Source: a virus
Strand: one strand, 5' to 3'
DNA: 64,000 nucleotides
Virus record (IMG/VR): IMGVR_UViG_3300023174_000090
Span: 32,001 to 96,000 of that record
In this document: in pieces, positions 29,882 through 40,034 of the stretch
How the letters are laid out: the number at the start of each line of letters is the position of its first letter
Position numbering within the stretch: the first letter of the stretch is position 1
Notes under the pieces: generated by a model
What the model saw: the letters and a program-made list of their open reading frames with translations, nothing else
Databases searched by the model: none
Told to the model about the DNA's origin: nothing
Position numbers and translations under genes: made by a program

Positions 29882-30228
29882 TTTTTAAGTTATTACAAAT
29901 AAATATGCTTTTATATAGTATATTTATGATAATAACTTCAACTCAACAAATAGAGGAAATGATAAATCCTTCAAATGCATTAGATATGACAGAATTTGAA
30001 GATACAACTTTAAAACTTGGTTCTTTTGTATGCATTGCAAAGAAAAAAAAGTTTAATTTTTTAAATTTTTTAAAATTAATACTAGAAGATGAAAAAACAC
30101 AAAAAATATATTTTAATTTATTGGGAGAAACCAATATTCAACTTATTATTAGAGCATATTTAAATAGTACGCCAAACGTATATAAAAAGATTTTTAGATC
30201 AAAATTTAACCATAAAAATAAAAATTGA
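29878..30228 (+). CDS. hypothetical protein
   Basis: ORF between gp41 and the gp59-like gene; true start uncertain. Confidence 0.55.
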   Translation: MIFKLLQINMLLYSIFMIITSTQQIEEMINPSNALDMTEFEDTTLKLGSFVCIAKKKKFNFLNFLKLILEDEKTQKIYFNLLGETNIQLIIRAYLNSTPNVYKKIFRSKFNHKNKN

Positions 30229-30884
30229 ATACAAAATTAACTGAAACAGAAAAAAAAATTTACAATACACATTTGAAATATTCCAGAAATGGACAGGCAT
30301 ACACGCCTAGAAAAGATTTCTCCGGTCTGGATGCTTCTACTATACTGTTTTTAAAAAAAATAAATATATTCTTCGGGAAATTTGAACATATTTCTTGCGA
30401 AGATTACTTTAAAGCCCCTCTATTGCTTCATCCGGATGAAAAATATCCACATTTGGGATATTTTATAACAAGACCCGCAATTAAAACATACTCATTGGCA
30501 ATGAAAAAGCTTGAAGATGAGTCGCCTGAAAATCAAATAGAAAAAATAAAAGAAAGTATTAGATTTATAACAATGTTCTGCCTTCAAAATAGGATCAATA
30601 TAGATCAGTATTTGGATCATAGAACATTCAACATGCCCACTTGGATGCAACACTACAGAGAACATACCGTAAATCCATATGCACTGATAGGAGTTGGAAG
30701 TTTAGATAGATTTTTAATGCTACAAGAAGATGAGAAGGCATTATGGGCTGGAAATTTTTTTGAAAAATATGATACTTTTCGTATAAGGTTTTACAATTCA
30801 AAGAAAACAAAAGAACTTGTAACTGAAGCCTACTCCCGAATGAAAATTTTTTTAAAAAAAGAGTTGCAATTTAAAACTACTTGA
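30225..30884 (+). CDS. possible helicase loader (gp59-like)
   Basis: 219 aa, basic, immediately upstream of gp32 as gp59 is in T4; inferred from synteny and size only. Confidence 0.4.
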   Translation: MNTKLTETEKKIYNTHLKYSRNGQAYTPRKDFSGLDASTILFLKKINIFFGKFEHISCEDYFKAPLLLHPDEKYPHLGYFITRPAIKTYSLAMKKLEDESPENQIEKIKESIRFITMFCLQNRINIDQYLDHRTFNMPTWMQHYREHTVNPYALIGVGSLDRFLMLQEDEKALWAGNFFEKYDTFRIRFYNSKKTKELVTEAYSRMKIFLKKELQFKTT

Positions 30885-30892
30885 TGTAATAT
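30864..30892 (+). promoter_or_regulatory. sigma70-like promoter of gp32 (TTGCAA-N17-TAATAT)
   Basis: Spacing and consensus match. Confidence 0.55.
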
Positions 30893-30912
30893 TATAGCCT
30901 AATCTAACAAAT

Positions 30913-31761
30913 ATGAAATATTCAAACAATCTATTCGAATCTATTAAAGATGCGTTCAACAAAAAAACAAATGGAGAAAATGCAGCTTATAAGGATTTTT
31001 TGAAGCTTGAAGCAGGAAATACCTATGTGGTTCGCCTTGTTCCAAACATCAAGAACCCTGATAGAACTATTTTCCATTATTTTCACCACATTTGGAAGAG
31101 CATTCATAATGGACAATACGTTTCCGTATTGTGTCCTAACACTTACGGGGAAAGCTGCCCGATTGATGAGTATCGTTCCAAAATCTACGCAACCAAAAAC
31201 GAATCTTTGATTGAAAAGACAAAGCCCCTGAAGAGAAACGAGAATTGGCTTTGCAATGCTTACGTCATCAAAGACCCCACAAACCCTGAAAACCAAGGAG
31301 CACTGAAGGTTCTGCGCTTTGGAAAACAACTTTTCGAAGTTATCTCCTCTGCAATTAGCGGCGACGATTCTGAAGAGTTTGGTGCAAAGATTTTTGACCT
31401 CTCTGAAAACGGTTGCAGCCTTAGAATCAAGGTAGAAACCAATGAAGGCGGTTATCCTAAGTACACCGCATCTCGATTTATGACTCCGTGCGCTGTTGAG
31501 GGATTGGAGAACTTGGAAGAAGTGTACGAGGCGGCAAAAGAACTTGACGCCGTTTTCGAGAGCAAGTCGAAAAAGGAAATCCAAGATCTTCTTAACCTGC
31601 ATTTCTTGGGCAAAGATCGAGAAGAAGAAAAGAACACTGTAGTTGAGAAGGAAGAGGAAATCGATGTTCCGATTACATCTCAAACAGAGACATATATCGA
31701 GCGAGATGCCACTATTTCAGATAGTGACGATAAAATTCAAGATATTTTGAAGGATCTGTAA
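30913..31761 (+). CDS. gp32: single-stranded DNA-binding protein gp32
   Basis: VRLVP, H...C......CP zinc ligands, YVIKDP.NPEN.G.....FGK, acidic tail; codon usage of a highly expressed gene. Confidence 0.9.
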   Translation: MKYSNNLFESIKDAFNKKTNGENAAYKDFLKLEAGNTYVVRLVPNIKNPDRTIFHYFHHIWKSIHNGQYVSVLCPNTYGESCPIDEYRSKIYATKNESLIEKTKPLKRNENWLCNAYVIKDPTNPENQGALKVLRFGKQLFEVISSAISGDDSEEFGAKIFDLSENGCSLRIKVETNEGGYPKYTASRFMTPCAVEGLENLEEVYEAAKELDAVFESKSKKEIQDLLNLHFLGKDREEEKNTVVEKEEEIDVPITSQTETYIERDATISDSDDKIQDILKDL

Positions 31762-31765
31762 TTAA

Positions 31766-32248
31766 ATGAATAAAGAAGACGCATATGAAGCAGCACTGTT
31801 GGCGAAAATGGTCGGTTCACACCTTATGGGTGTGGATCGACTAACTTCAGAGAGAACCAGTAATCCTGCAAATAAAATTAATATAGAAAATTTTATCGCT
31901 CCTCTCATTGGGAAACAATCACAACCTTCTAATTTTATTGACCCTAATAGTGTATCTCCTGATATGCTGAAGGCATATGAAAATGTAAACCAGATTGCAC
32001 TTCAAACTATTCCAGACCCTATTCAAAATTTTACAAGTGCTCCTGCAAATTTTGAAATTCCAAAAATTGAAAACATTTCAAATCAAAATATGGGTTCAAA
32101 TGTTAAAATTTCTTCAAAAAATAAAGAAAATACTAAGGAATTTTTTGTAGATAAAAAAGATATAACACAGATGAAAACTTCATTAAAAAATATTGAAAAA
32201 ATTCTTTCCAATATGTATAATTTAATGAAAACCAATGCTGATGTATAA
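31766..32248 (+). CDS. hypothetical protein
   Basis: 160-aa ORF in the operon. Confidence 0.6.
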   Translation: MNKEDAYEAALLAKMVGSHLMGVDRLTSERTSNPANKINIENFIAPLIGKQSQPSNFIDPNSVSPDMLKAYENVNQIALQTIPDPIQNFTSAPANFEIPKIENISNQNMGSNVKISSKNKENTKEFFVDKKDITQMKTSLKNIEKILSNMYNLMKTNADV

Positions 32249-32990
32249 ATCTTTAAAAATTTCTAAAAACAACTTAGAACGGATATTAAAACCTGTCAAT
32301 AAAATGGCAGAATCTTGTGTCCTTAAAACAGATTCTAGTGGAATCTTTACGATATGTTCTTCTGCTGATAATACTGTCATTCTATATGCACGAATGAAAG
32401 TTGATAGCATTGATACCCAAGAAAGAATCAATGTTATCAATATAAAACGACTGCTTACAGGACTTCAGTGTTTGGATGATGATAATTTTTTATTGGAAAA
32501 ATGTGAAAACAATATTAAATGTTCCTCCGAAAGCAGCGATGGAGATAAAACACATTTTAAATATCATTTGGTCGATGATTCTGTAATCAGAGAATCTGTT
32601 TTTAATATTAAAAAAATTGCAAGTTTAGATTTTGATTCTGAATTTGTAATACCCGCTAATAAAATTAGACAAATTATGTCTGGATATGCATTTACTTCTG
32701 ATACTCAAAAAATATACTTTTATTCCAACGAACAACAGGAAGTTTTTGCGGATATTAATGATGCAACTAATCAAAACATAGACAACATAACTTTTAAAGT
32801 TAGCGCGGATTTGAAGGGCAATCATATTAAAGATGCCACTCCAATTAATATAGAAATTTTCAAGAATTTAGCAGGGTGTAGGAATGATATAAAAGTAAAA
32901 ATAAACAACCAATTCAAAGTATTTGTTTTTCAAAATAACGACGATGATAATGTTGAACTTAAATATATCGTATCTGCTCTTGTAAAATAA
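32235..32990 (+). CDS. gp45: probable sliding clamp (gp45/PCNA-like)
   Basis: 251 aa, clamp-like alternating alpha/beta pattern, C-terminal LKYIVSAL, replication context. Confidence 0.6.
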   Translation: MLMYKSLKISKNNLERILKPVNKMAESCVLKTDSSGIFTICSSADNTVILYARMKVDSIDTQERINVINIKRLLTGLQCLDDDNFLLEKCENNIKCSSESSDGDKTHFKYHLVDDSVIRESVFNIKKIASLDFDSEFVIPANKIRQIMSGYAFTSDTQKIYFYSNEQQEVFADINDATNQNIDNITFKVSADLKGNHIKDATPINIEIFKNLAGCRNDIKVKINNQFKVFVFQNNDDDNVELKYIVSALVK

Positions 32991-33018
32991 AAAAAACCAA
33001 TAAATAAAAATAAAATAT

Positions 33019-33342
33019 ATGTCAAAAAATAAAGTAACAACCTGTAGCTACTTCATTAAACGTCTTCGTGATAGTGGATATGTAGCAGATAAACTATTCA
33101 GCGATTATTCACACGCAGATCCTAGAAGCTGGACCGCAATTATCGATCCCTTGTATTCTTCTATTTTTGTAACCTGTTACAATAATCACAATGATTTGGG
33201 TGAAGAGTATTTTGAAATTTATGATGGAGGACAGTATATTCCCGATGGATTCAAAATAAAAACAAGTTCAATCGAGGTAATTGTTGAGTATCTTGTAAAA
33301 TTCAATATTAATCACAAAGCCTCAACATATGTCGGAGCCTAA
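33019..33342 (+). CDS. hypothetical protein
   Basis: 107-aa ORF with TAAATA upstream. Confidence 0.6.
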   Translation: MSKNKVTTCSYFIKRLRDSGYVADKLFSDYSHADPRSWTAIIDPLYSSIFVTCYNNHNDLGEEYFEIYDGGQYIPDGFKIKTSSIEVIVEYLVKFNINHKASTYVGA

Positions 33343-33733
33343 GAAAAGAACAAGAAAGAAGAAAGAGAAGGAGCTTATAGTTCCTTCTCTTTCTTGCGTA
33401 CCAGTAAATCAACACGCATTGGATGATGTTAGGAAAGTTGTTTTTGATTCTATTAATAATTCTGAATTGCAAAAGGCATTGGATAATTTCCTTAAAAAAG
33501 GAATTCGAGAAAACAATATAGTTGTAAGGGATTTGACAATACTCAAAAATGCTATTACAGAGTATTTAAATTCTTTTATTCTTCTGGGGTATAATTTGGA
33601 AGATCAGAGAGTCATAATTCAACATTTCGGAAACGCAAAAGATCGAGATGCTATTATGGAATTTTTGAAAACAGTTTTTATAAAACAGCAGCAAGAGAAT
33701 TTTTTAGATTTTGAAGGAGAAGATTATGAGTAG
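33329..33733 (+). CDS. hypothetical protein
   Basis: 134-aa overlapping ORF. Confidence 0.6.
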   Translation: MSEPKKRTRKKKEKELIVPSLSCVPVNQHALDDVRKVVFDSINNSELQKALDNFLKKGIRENNIVVRDLTILKNAITEYLNSFILLGYNLEDQRVIIQHFGNAKDRDAIMEFLKTVFIKQQQENFLDFEGEDYE

Positions 33734-34463
33734 TTTTATTAATACCAGTTTATTCCCATCCATAACAGCAACCAGTGGATTTAGAGATTGGTTGGAAGAG
33801 GTTGTTAAATATGCCGATGTTGAAGATTTCGATCCGATACTAAAACCTCATAAAACACCAAATGGATATGTAAATGACGATGGAACACCATATCAAGAAT
33901 TTGATTATAATCAATTACTTCCAGATTTCGAAACATTAAGCGGAATAGGAGATGCTAGATTTTCTTTGGGTCATATAGTTTCTAGTGTTTTTGATAAGTT
34001 TCAAGCTAAAATTGAATTATACACAGAAATTGCACAAGCGGGAGGCTGTCAAATAATTGATGAGTTTATATGTGACGAGACTGGTATTCCAATTAAGAAA
34101 AGTTCATATAATTGTCCAGAAAATATAATAGTATCACCAATAGAACCGATTGAAGTTGTAAATTTTGTAACTTCAATATATGCACAAAAAGTAGAAGAGG
34201 ACATTGTAGCCTTTCATGCATTTATAACACAATCATATGCGAATATAGGATATGCTGTGGATTTAGTATATGTTTCGGAACTTCCATATTTTATTTTTGT
34301 TAAAGTGACTAAGGGAAGTAGTAGAGAATATATACGATATTATTATAATGACAGGGAAAGATTATCACAGATTTTTAATAAACCATTAACAGCCGAACCT
34401 ATTAACACCGATATTGTAGCCGCAACCACAAACCAAATTCCGGTGTATAATAAAAATATTTAA
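33726..34463 (+). CDS. hypothetical protein
   Basis: Start 33726 preferred; converges on the gp5C-like gene. Confidence 0.6.
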   Translation: MSSFINTSLFPSITATSGFRDWLEEVVKYADVEDFDPILKPHKTPNGYVNDDGTPYQEFDYNQLLPDFETLSGIGDARFSLGHIVSSVFDKFQAKIELYTEIAQAGGCQIIDEFICDETGIPIKKSSYNCPENIIVSPIEPIEVVNFVTSIYAQKVEEDIVAFHAFITQSYANIGYAVDLVYVSELPYFIFVKVTKGSSREYIRYYYNDRERLSQIFNKPLTAEPINTDIVAATTNQIPVYNKNI

Positions 34464-36481
34464 GGCGGACATTCTTCTGTAGGCAATGCAGAAAGTGAGA
34501 TGTTTGTGTTTGGTATAGTGTTTGGTATAGTGTTTGTACCTGTAATTCCATACATAACGCTAAACACCGGAGCGGGATTTAGCGTTCCATCCGGACTTCT
34601 TGTTATAGGATATTTTATATAATTACCTCCATTAAAAGGATCTAATGGATTTAATTTATAATTTTCATTTCTTTTTTTAGTGTAAAGACTTCCGCCACCA
34701 CAGCCTCCGGGTTTTGATCTAGGACCGGGAGACAACCCATCTCCCATTGCAGGATTCGGTGTTGGTATGGGACTTCCAGCGGTTCTTTCTTGTCCCCACG
34801 CCTTTCTATTATGCCAATAACTACCCTTCGGTAGTGTCACTTCATGTGAATGATCGCCGCCTACCGTCATATGAGTGTGCTTCCAGTTAAAAATCCATCC
34901 ACTACACGGACCTGTTGTACCCCAACCAGCAAAAACTCCCGTTGGATATGGTTCAACAACCATAGATTGCATTATCGCATCAACAATTTCAACAGTTAAA
35001 GAAAATATTCCTGTCATAGAAGTAGCATAACCGGGTTTTAAATATCTCAACGCAATATCTTTTGCTAAGTTTTTATTTGATAAAACCGCCGCTGGTGTGT
35101 TCCAAACCGCTCCTTCCGCTTTCATTTTAGATGAACATGAAACAGTGGACTCGGAACGCATAGAAGGAACAATTAAAAATGGAGTAGATACTGCACCGTC
35201 TGTTGTTACTTGTCCTTTAAAAGCGGCATCCCCCCTAACATTAAATGAACCATTAACTAAAGTATTTTGTGATTGAATAGACAGTCCACTATCTCCACTT
35301 TGATCGTCTGCATCTATAATAATATTTTTTCCTTTTATTGTTGTAACATTTCCGGAACCAAAAACCGCTTCACCTTGATTTGCATTAAGTATTAAATCTC
35401 CGGACATTATATTAAATCTTCCGGTAGTTTGCATATCAATTCCGGGAGATCCTGCATTTACTGTAAAGTTATTTGATACATCAAACATCACGCTTCCATG
35501 GGTTCTTTGCGGAGGTGTAAAAGTTATTTTCGGAGCACTACCTCTACTCCCAAGTGCCAGAGTACTTCCATTTCCATTTTTTCCGGGTTCAAAATAAAAT
35601 GCAAATACATGATGTCCATTCTCCGAATATGCAGGGGCATTATTTTTTTTCAATCCAAATCTAAAAAGAACGTCTCCTTTATATACCTTACCTTCATTGC
35701 CTCCTGTTCCTAATTGTTCTGAATATTTTGATATATCTTTTTCGTTTTGTTTTATAGCATCTGTTACCGCTTTATCAGCAGCCTTCATGGCAGTTACGGG
35801 AGATTCTACCATTCCAGATTTACAAGCAGGACTACCACATCCAGCACTTCCAGTTAATGCAATATTCTTTTTTTGACTTAGAATCGGAGATACCAATGTT
35901 CCAACCAATCGATGAATCGTATCAAAAGGAAAGCAAAAAAACGGACCTAATATTTTTCTTATAAAATCAAAAAAACTATCAACCAAAGCACTCTTATTAT
36001 CAACCAAGTGAGTAACATTACACACCGGACATTGTGTGGGCTGTCCTTTTTGTTTTAAAGCTCGAAGTCTTGCTTCTTGAATTTTTTCCGTAATCTCTTG
36101 AAGCTTCTTTGCAGCTTCCATTTCCTTATCATCCTGATTCCCTTTTGATATTTTATAATTCCCCTTAACTATCAAAGTTTTATTACCCGCAACAACCTCT
36201 TGACTATCCCCCTTAACGCTAACATTCATGTGCTTGGAAGCACCTAATGTTAAATTTTCAGCAGCATTTACTAAAATATGTCCTCCGGAAGATATTCTTA
36301 TTTTAGATTGAGCGGTTTCATTATTGGATAATTCTATATAAGAGTTATCTTGTACCAAATTTGATTTATTAGGATTAAAACTGTTTAAAACAGCAAAAAC
36401 AAGTCCTCCTATTGCTGTAAATAGACCATGATTTTCTAGTTTATATCCTTTATCTAATCTTGGATTCGGTAAATTAGCCAT
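34460..36481 (-). CDS. baseplate central spike, gp5 C-terminal-like (beta-helix plus HxH tip)
   Basis: VSVKGDSQEVVAGNKTLIVKGN beta-helix repeats, VNGSFNVRGD, HTH...HSH motif; directly downstream of the gp5 N-domain gene. Confidence 0.65.
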   Translation of the reverse strand: MANLPNPRLDKGYKLENHGLFTAIGGLVFAVLNSFNPNKSNLVQDNSYIELSNNETAQSKIRISSGGHILVNAAENLTLGASKHMNVSVKGDSQEVVAGNKTLIVKGNYKISKGNQDDKEMEAAKKLQEITEKIQEARLRALKQKGQPTQCPVCNVTHLVDNKSALVDSFFDFIRKILGPFFCFPFDTIHRLVGTLVSPILSQKKNIALTGSAGCGSPACKSGMVESPVTAMKAADKAVTDAIKQNEKDISKYSEQLGTGGNEGKVYKGDVLFRFGLKKNNAPAYSENGHHVFAFYFEPGKNGNGSTLALGSRGSAPKITFTPPQRTHGSVMFDVSNNFTVNAGSPGIDMQTTGRFNIMSGDLILNANQGEAVFGSGNVTTIKGKNIIIDADDQSGDSGLSIQSQNTLVNGSFNVRGDAAFKGQVTTDGAVSTPFLIVPSMRSESTVSCSSKMKAEGAVWNTPAAVLSNKNLAKDIALRYLKPGYATSMTGIFSLTVEIVDAIMQSMVVEPYPTGVFAGWGTTGPCSGWIFNWKHTHMTVGGDHSHEVTLPKGSYWHNRKAWGQERTAGSPIPTPNPAMGDGLSPGPRSKPGGCGGGSLYTKKRNENYKLNPLDPFNGGNYIKYPITRSPDGTLNPAPVFSVMYGITGTNTIPNTIPNTNISLSALPTEECPP

Positions 36482-36499
36482 ATGTTTATTTATTAGATA

Positions 36500-37750
36500 T
36501 CAAGCAGATTCAACTATGGATGCAAAATATACTGGACGCTGTATATCGCCTCCATGAAAAAACACCCACACCTTTGCAGATTCATTTGGAATGGAAAATA
36601 TACCATTCGGAGATCCCCTTGCAGAGGTAAATACATCTTTACCAATTGAAAGTGCTAAGATTGCACTTAAATCATCATTTTTTACTATTTTGGGAGCAGC
36701 TTGGGAGTCTTCTGATTGATCCGTAGATGCCACAGTTGTATTAGCACCGGAAAGATAATCTTCATAAGAATAAGATTCCGTGGAAGCCATTTTTTTTGCT
36801 AATAATTGTTGTTGATTTCTTGATAAATCTTTTTCTTGCTTCTTACCCTGAACTACTTCTGTAATGTTTGCTATAGGACCGAATCCCGCACTTAATCTAG
36901 CGATTCCAGAACCATATTTATTTGCAGAGGGATATTTATTAGTAAAAATAAGATTCTCCGCATATTTTATTGCAACCTTAGTGTTAACTTCGGGATCTGC
37001 CCATGCTCCTGAACTAAGATCTTTTGCTGTTAATGTGCTGTTTTCCTTTCCTAATTGATAGAGTCCTACTGATGTTGCACTATCAAAGGAAACTGCTTTA
37101 CCTTCCCTATTAGAGGTGTTAGAGGGATTGAGAGTAGTTTCCACAACCGCCAATCTGGCTAAAAAATGTGCAACCTCCTCCCTCGAACTACTATAAATTC
37201 CATATGTTTCTCTCTCTTTAGCGGAAAGAGGCATTCCGACGAGTTTACTTCCCTCCAATAATCTATACACCCTTTCATATTGAGCTTTAAATACGGGATT
37301 CATATTAGAAGTATTAATAGTTCCTCCATAAGAAAGTGAAAGTGGTTGTTCTGCATTTCCATCACTCGTTAACAAAGCTGTAGAATTTGCAATAGTATCG
37401 GATTCTGTTGAACTTACCGTTCCTCCACCCGAGAATCCAGTAAATGTGGGATTTGTATTATTTACAGCAATATTTCCACTGCTAGAATTTGATGTTACAG
37501 ACGTTGCTCCTCCGAATATGGGAACAGCAGCCTCTGCCCACGGTAAAATTTGTTTTAATTTATTCAATACACCCAAACTAGCCAATTCTGTAGTATTTCT
37601 AAATTGAATATCGGATAAATTTTCTCTATTATTCCAATCTTTAAATAAAGTAGTTGATAAATGAGGAATAAACACCTGAACTCTTCCCCTGTTCTCTGGA
37701 TCATTTGTATTAACGACCATTCCTAAGTGATTTCCTACTACTAATTCCAT
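36500..37750 (-). CDS. gp5 N-terminal OB-fold protein with internal lytic transglycosylase-like domain
   Basis: GMVVNTNDPENRGRVQV...LPWA at the N-terminus, FSIPNESAKVWVFFHGGD..RPVYFA at the C-terminus, central VET...GLYQL...DPEVN. Confidence 0.75.
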   Translation of the reverse strand: MELVVGNHLGMVVNTNDPENRGRVQVFIPHLSTTLFKDWNNRENLSDIQFRNTTELASLGVLNKLKQILPWAEAAVPIFGGATSVTSNSSSGNIAVNNTNPTFTGFSGGGTVSSTESDTIANSTALLTSDGNAEQPLSLSYGGTINTSNMNPVFKAQYERVYRLLEGSKLVGMPLSAKERETYGIYSSSREEVAHFLARLAVVETTLNPSNTSNREGKAVSFDSATSVGLYQLGKENSTLTAKDLSSGAWADPEVNTKVAIKYAENLIFTNKYPSANKYGSGIARLSAGFGPIANITEVVQGKKQEKDLSRNQQQLLAKKMASTESYSYEDYLSGANTTVASTDQSEDSQAAPKIVKNDDLSAILALSIGKDVFTSARGSPNGIFSIPNESAKVWVFFHGGDIQRPVYFASIVESA

Positions 37751-37759
37751 AATTTATTA

Positions 37760-39127
37760 TTATTCGGGCTTTTGATATACGGAAAATTTTTCTATAGTAG
37801 TTCCAACCCACCCAAAAGGATTTAAACTGATATTTAATGGGGGTAAATTTCCCGATATTCCTGAAATACTATACGGATATGGATTTATTGTGTCATTTAT
37901 ATTAATTCCATATCCTCCGTTTCTGTACCATTCACTTCTATTGCCAACAGTTCCTGCTGTTGCTAATACATCCCCTATCGGTCCTAATGATGCACCCAAT
38001 CCATATCGTTGAACAATAGTATTTGCAATTGCAAGAGCCTCATTATTAGAAGAAACTCCAAATCCTATGTGTTGCACCAACTTTCCAAGCAATGCTTGGG
38101 GTAAATTTCCGACATATCTTATAAAATCTGTAACTTGTTTTGCTTCATTTGGAAAAAGAGTAGCCAAACCATTCAAAGGATCATATGCAAAATTAACCCC
38201 AAACGATGCATAATTCACAACAGTTTGAATAGCATTCAAAGTTTGAAAAAGATTATCAGATCCCTTGAATAATTGTGCAAAAAATCCAACATCATCCAAT
38301 ATTGTTTGAACTGCTTCTAAAATTAAACATATAAGACTCAAGGGTATGATACTTTCAATAACGCTTATCAAATATTGTTGAACCATTCTGTATATATTAT
38401 TCAACCATACGTATAATTGTTTTATTGCTAACACCATTCCTTGATATATTTCCACAATTGCTTGATAAAATGCTGTAACTGCTCCCGTAATAAACCACAT
38501 TGCTTGTGATAACCCCCCAAAAGAATCAGAAGGAAGAGACAAATATGATCTAGTGCGTATAACATTACATATATTTTCAATTTCATCAACCATTCCGGGG
38601 TGTATCGAATTTAACAAGTCTGCACCCAAACAAGGAGCATTAACACCGGGACCTGTCATAATATTAAAATTATTATGTGCAGAAAATCTTGTAAAAGATC
38701 CATTAGAACCAATATCTTTCAATTCATCTTTACGTCCTGCGGGAGTATTTTTTAAAAGTTCTTCAAATTTATTCGATTTAATATAAGTTATAAATTCTTT
38801 ATATAAATCTGGAGTTATTGTAACCGAATCTGATCCAATATAATCAAATTTTGTGTAAATCGCATCATATCCTTCAATCAATATGTATAAATAAGCAGCA
38901 TATTTGTTTTCATTGGGCATTACACTATGTTTTATCTTGTAAAGAACTCCATTAAAATCAAAAGCAAGTCCCGTTTTAACTTCCATAGTAGCTATTGATA
39001 TAGATTCTGCACTATTTTGTAAAACATTGTTGACAGAAACTCTAATAGCAGATAAACCACCCGTCACAGAAGATGCGGTTTTCTTTATACTGGCTGCTAA
39101 CGGATTTTTTGGTATTGCTTTTTCCAT
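37760..39127 (-). CDS. hypothetical virion/baseplate-associated protein
   Basis: 455 aa with amphipathic helical C-half, co-oriented with the gp5 genes. Confidence 0.55.
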   Translation of the reverse strand: MEKAIPKNPLAASIKKTASSVTGGLSAIRVSVNNVLQNSAESISIATMEVKTGLAFDFNGVLYKIKHSVMPNENKYAAYLYILIEGYDAIYTKFDYIGSDSVTITPDLYKEFITYIKSNKFEELLKNTPAGRKDELKDIGSNGSFTRFSAHNNFNIMTGPGVNAPCLGADLLNSIHPGMVDEIENICNVIRTRSYLSLPSDSFGGLSQAMWFITGAVTAFYQAIVEIYQGMVLAIKQLYVWLNNIYRMVQQYLISVIESIIPLSLICLILEAVQTILDDVGFFAQLFKGSDNLFQTLNAIQTVVNYASFGVNFAYDPLNGLATLFPNEAKQVTDFIRYVGNLPQALLGKLVQHIGFGVSSNNEALAIANTIVQRYGLGASLGPIGDVLATAGTVGNRSEWYRNGGYGININDTINPYPYSISGISGNLPPLNISLNPFGWVGTTIEKFSVYQKPE

Positions 39128-39143
39128 AATTAAATGATATAAT
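39115..39143 (+). promoter_or_regulatory. sigma70-like promoter (TTGCTT-N17-TATAAT, TGn extension)
   Basis: Perfect -10 element ending 9 nt before ATG 39153. Confidence 0.6.
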
Positions 39144-39152
39144 CTGTATTCG

Positions 39153-39767
39153 ATGTCTAAATCTATAATCTATCCTCCAATTGGAATTTCAGGCTCCGCT
39201 TTATCAGGAAAAGATTCTTTATGTACATATATTATTTATATTCTCGATCTATATTACAATATAAAGGCTAAAAGATGTTCAATTGCAGGAGATAAAATAA
39301 AAAACGACCTGAAGGAGATGTTATTTTCAAAAATAGGAGCAGAAATTGACCTAAACGACCCGATACAGAAGGAAAAAGTTCGTCCATTGATGGTTGAATA
39401 TGGAAGATATATGAGAAATCGCACAATGGGTAGATATTTTATAGAAAATATAGACAATTCCCTCTTCGGAAAGGGATATATTCCCATAATTCCCGACATT
39501 CGATATGCAGAATTCGAAAAAGATGAAATTTTTTGGCTTAAAACTGAAAAAAAAGGACTTTTAATCTTTATTGATAGGGAAAATAACCCACCCGCAAACG
39601 AATTTGAAGAAAAAAACAATATTATTTTAAAAAAAGAGGCAAATATTGTAATAAATGCTCCAAATCTCTTTTCAACTGAAAAATATTTAGATTTTATGGA
39701 AGATTATGTATATGATATTATCACCACTTACCTACGGGACATCTCTCCGCTTTTAGATAAGTCTTAA
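39153..39767 (+). CDS. deoxynucleoside monophosphate kinase (gp1-like)
   Basis: IGISGSALSGKDS, KEKVRPLMVEYG...R, IIPDIRY...E. Confidence 0.75.
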   Translation: MSKSIIYPPIGISGSALSGKDSLCTYIIYILDLYYNIKAKRCSIAGDKIKNDLKEMLFSKIGAEIDLNDPIQKEKVRPLMVEYGRYMRNRTMGRYFIENIDNSLFGKGYIPIIPDIRYAEFEKDEIFWLKTEKKGLLIFIDRENNPPANEFEEKNNIILKKEANIVINAPNLFSTEKYLDFMEDYVYDIITTYLRDISPLLDKS

Positions 39768-40032
39768 TTGCCATATTACATCCACATTTTGAGCATCTTT
39801 GACTCTCTTTAATAAAGAATTCACATCCATTACATATGGATAATCTGCGATTTGCTTCTTCCTGAGAGATGTTTAAAGAATTTCCACTCGCTACGCTTGC
39901 AACATTTCTAACAACACTACCTGCCAAGTTCTTAGCCATTGTAAAATTTGATGGAAGTTGTTGTTTTGTGCTCGATTGTAACTTTTTGATACGATCACTT
40001 TGTAAGCTTTTTATTAAAGAATTTCTATCCAT
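39721..40032 (-). CDS. small Cys-rich zinc-binding protein (DUF6171-like)
   Basis: RLSICNGCEFF...RCSKCGC....KT.....CPVGKW. Confidence 0.65.
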   Translation of the reverse strand: MDRNSLIKSLQSDRIKKLQSSTKQQLPSNFTMAKNLAGSVVRNVASVASGNSLNISQEEANRRLSICNGCEFFIKESQRCSKCGCNMAIKTYLKAERCPVGKW

Positions 40033-40034
40033 AC

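Noticed and set aside
30931-31683. 250-aa antisense ORF over gp32
   Set aside because: Shadow of a strongly codon-biased gene; no motifs or expression signals
34505-34535. 12-bp tandem repeat (another near 47309-47335)
   Set aside because: Two-copy coding micro-duplications in low-complexity protein segments
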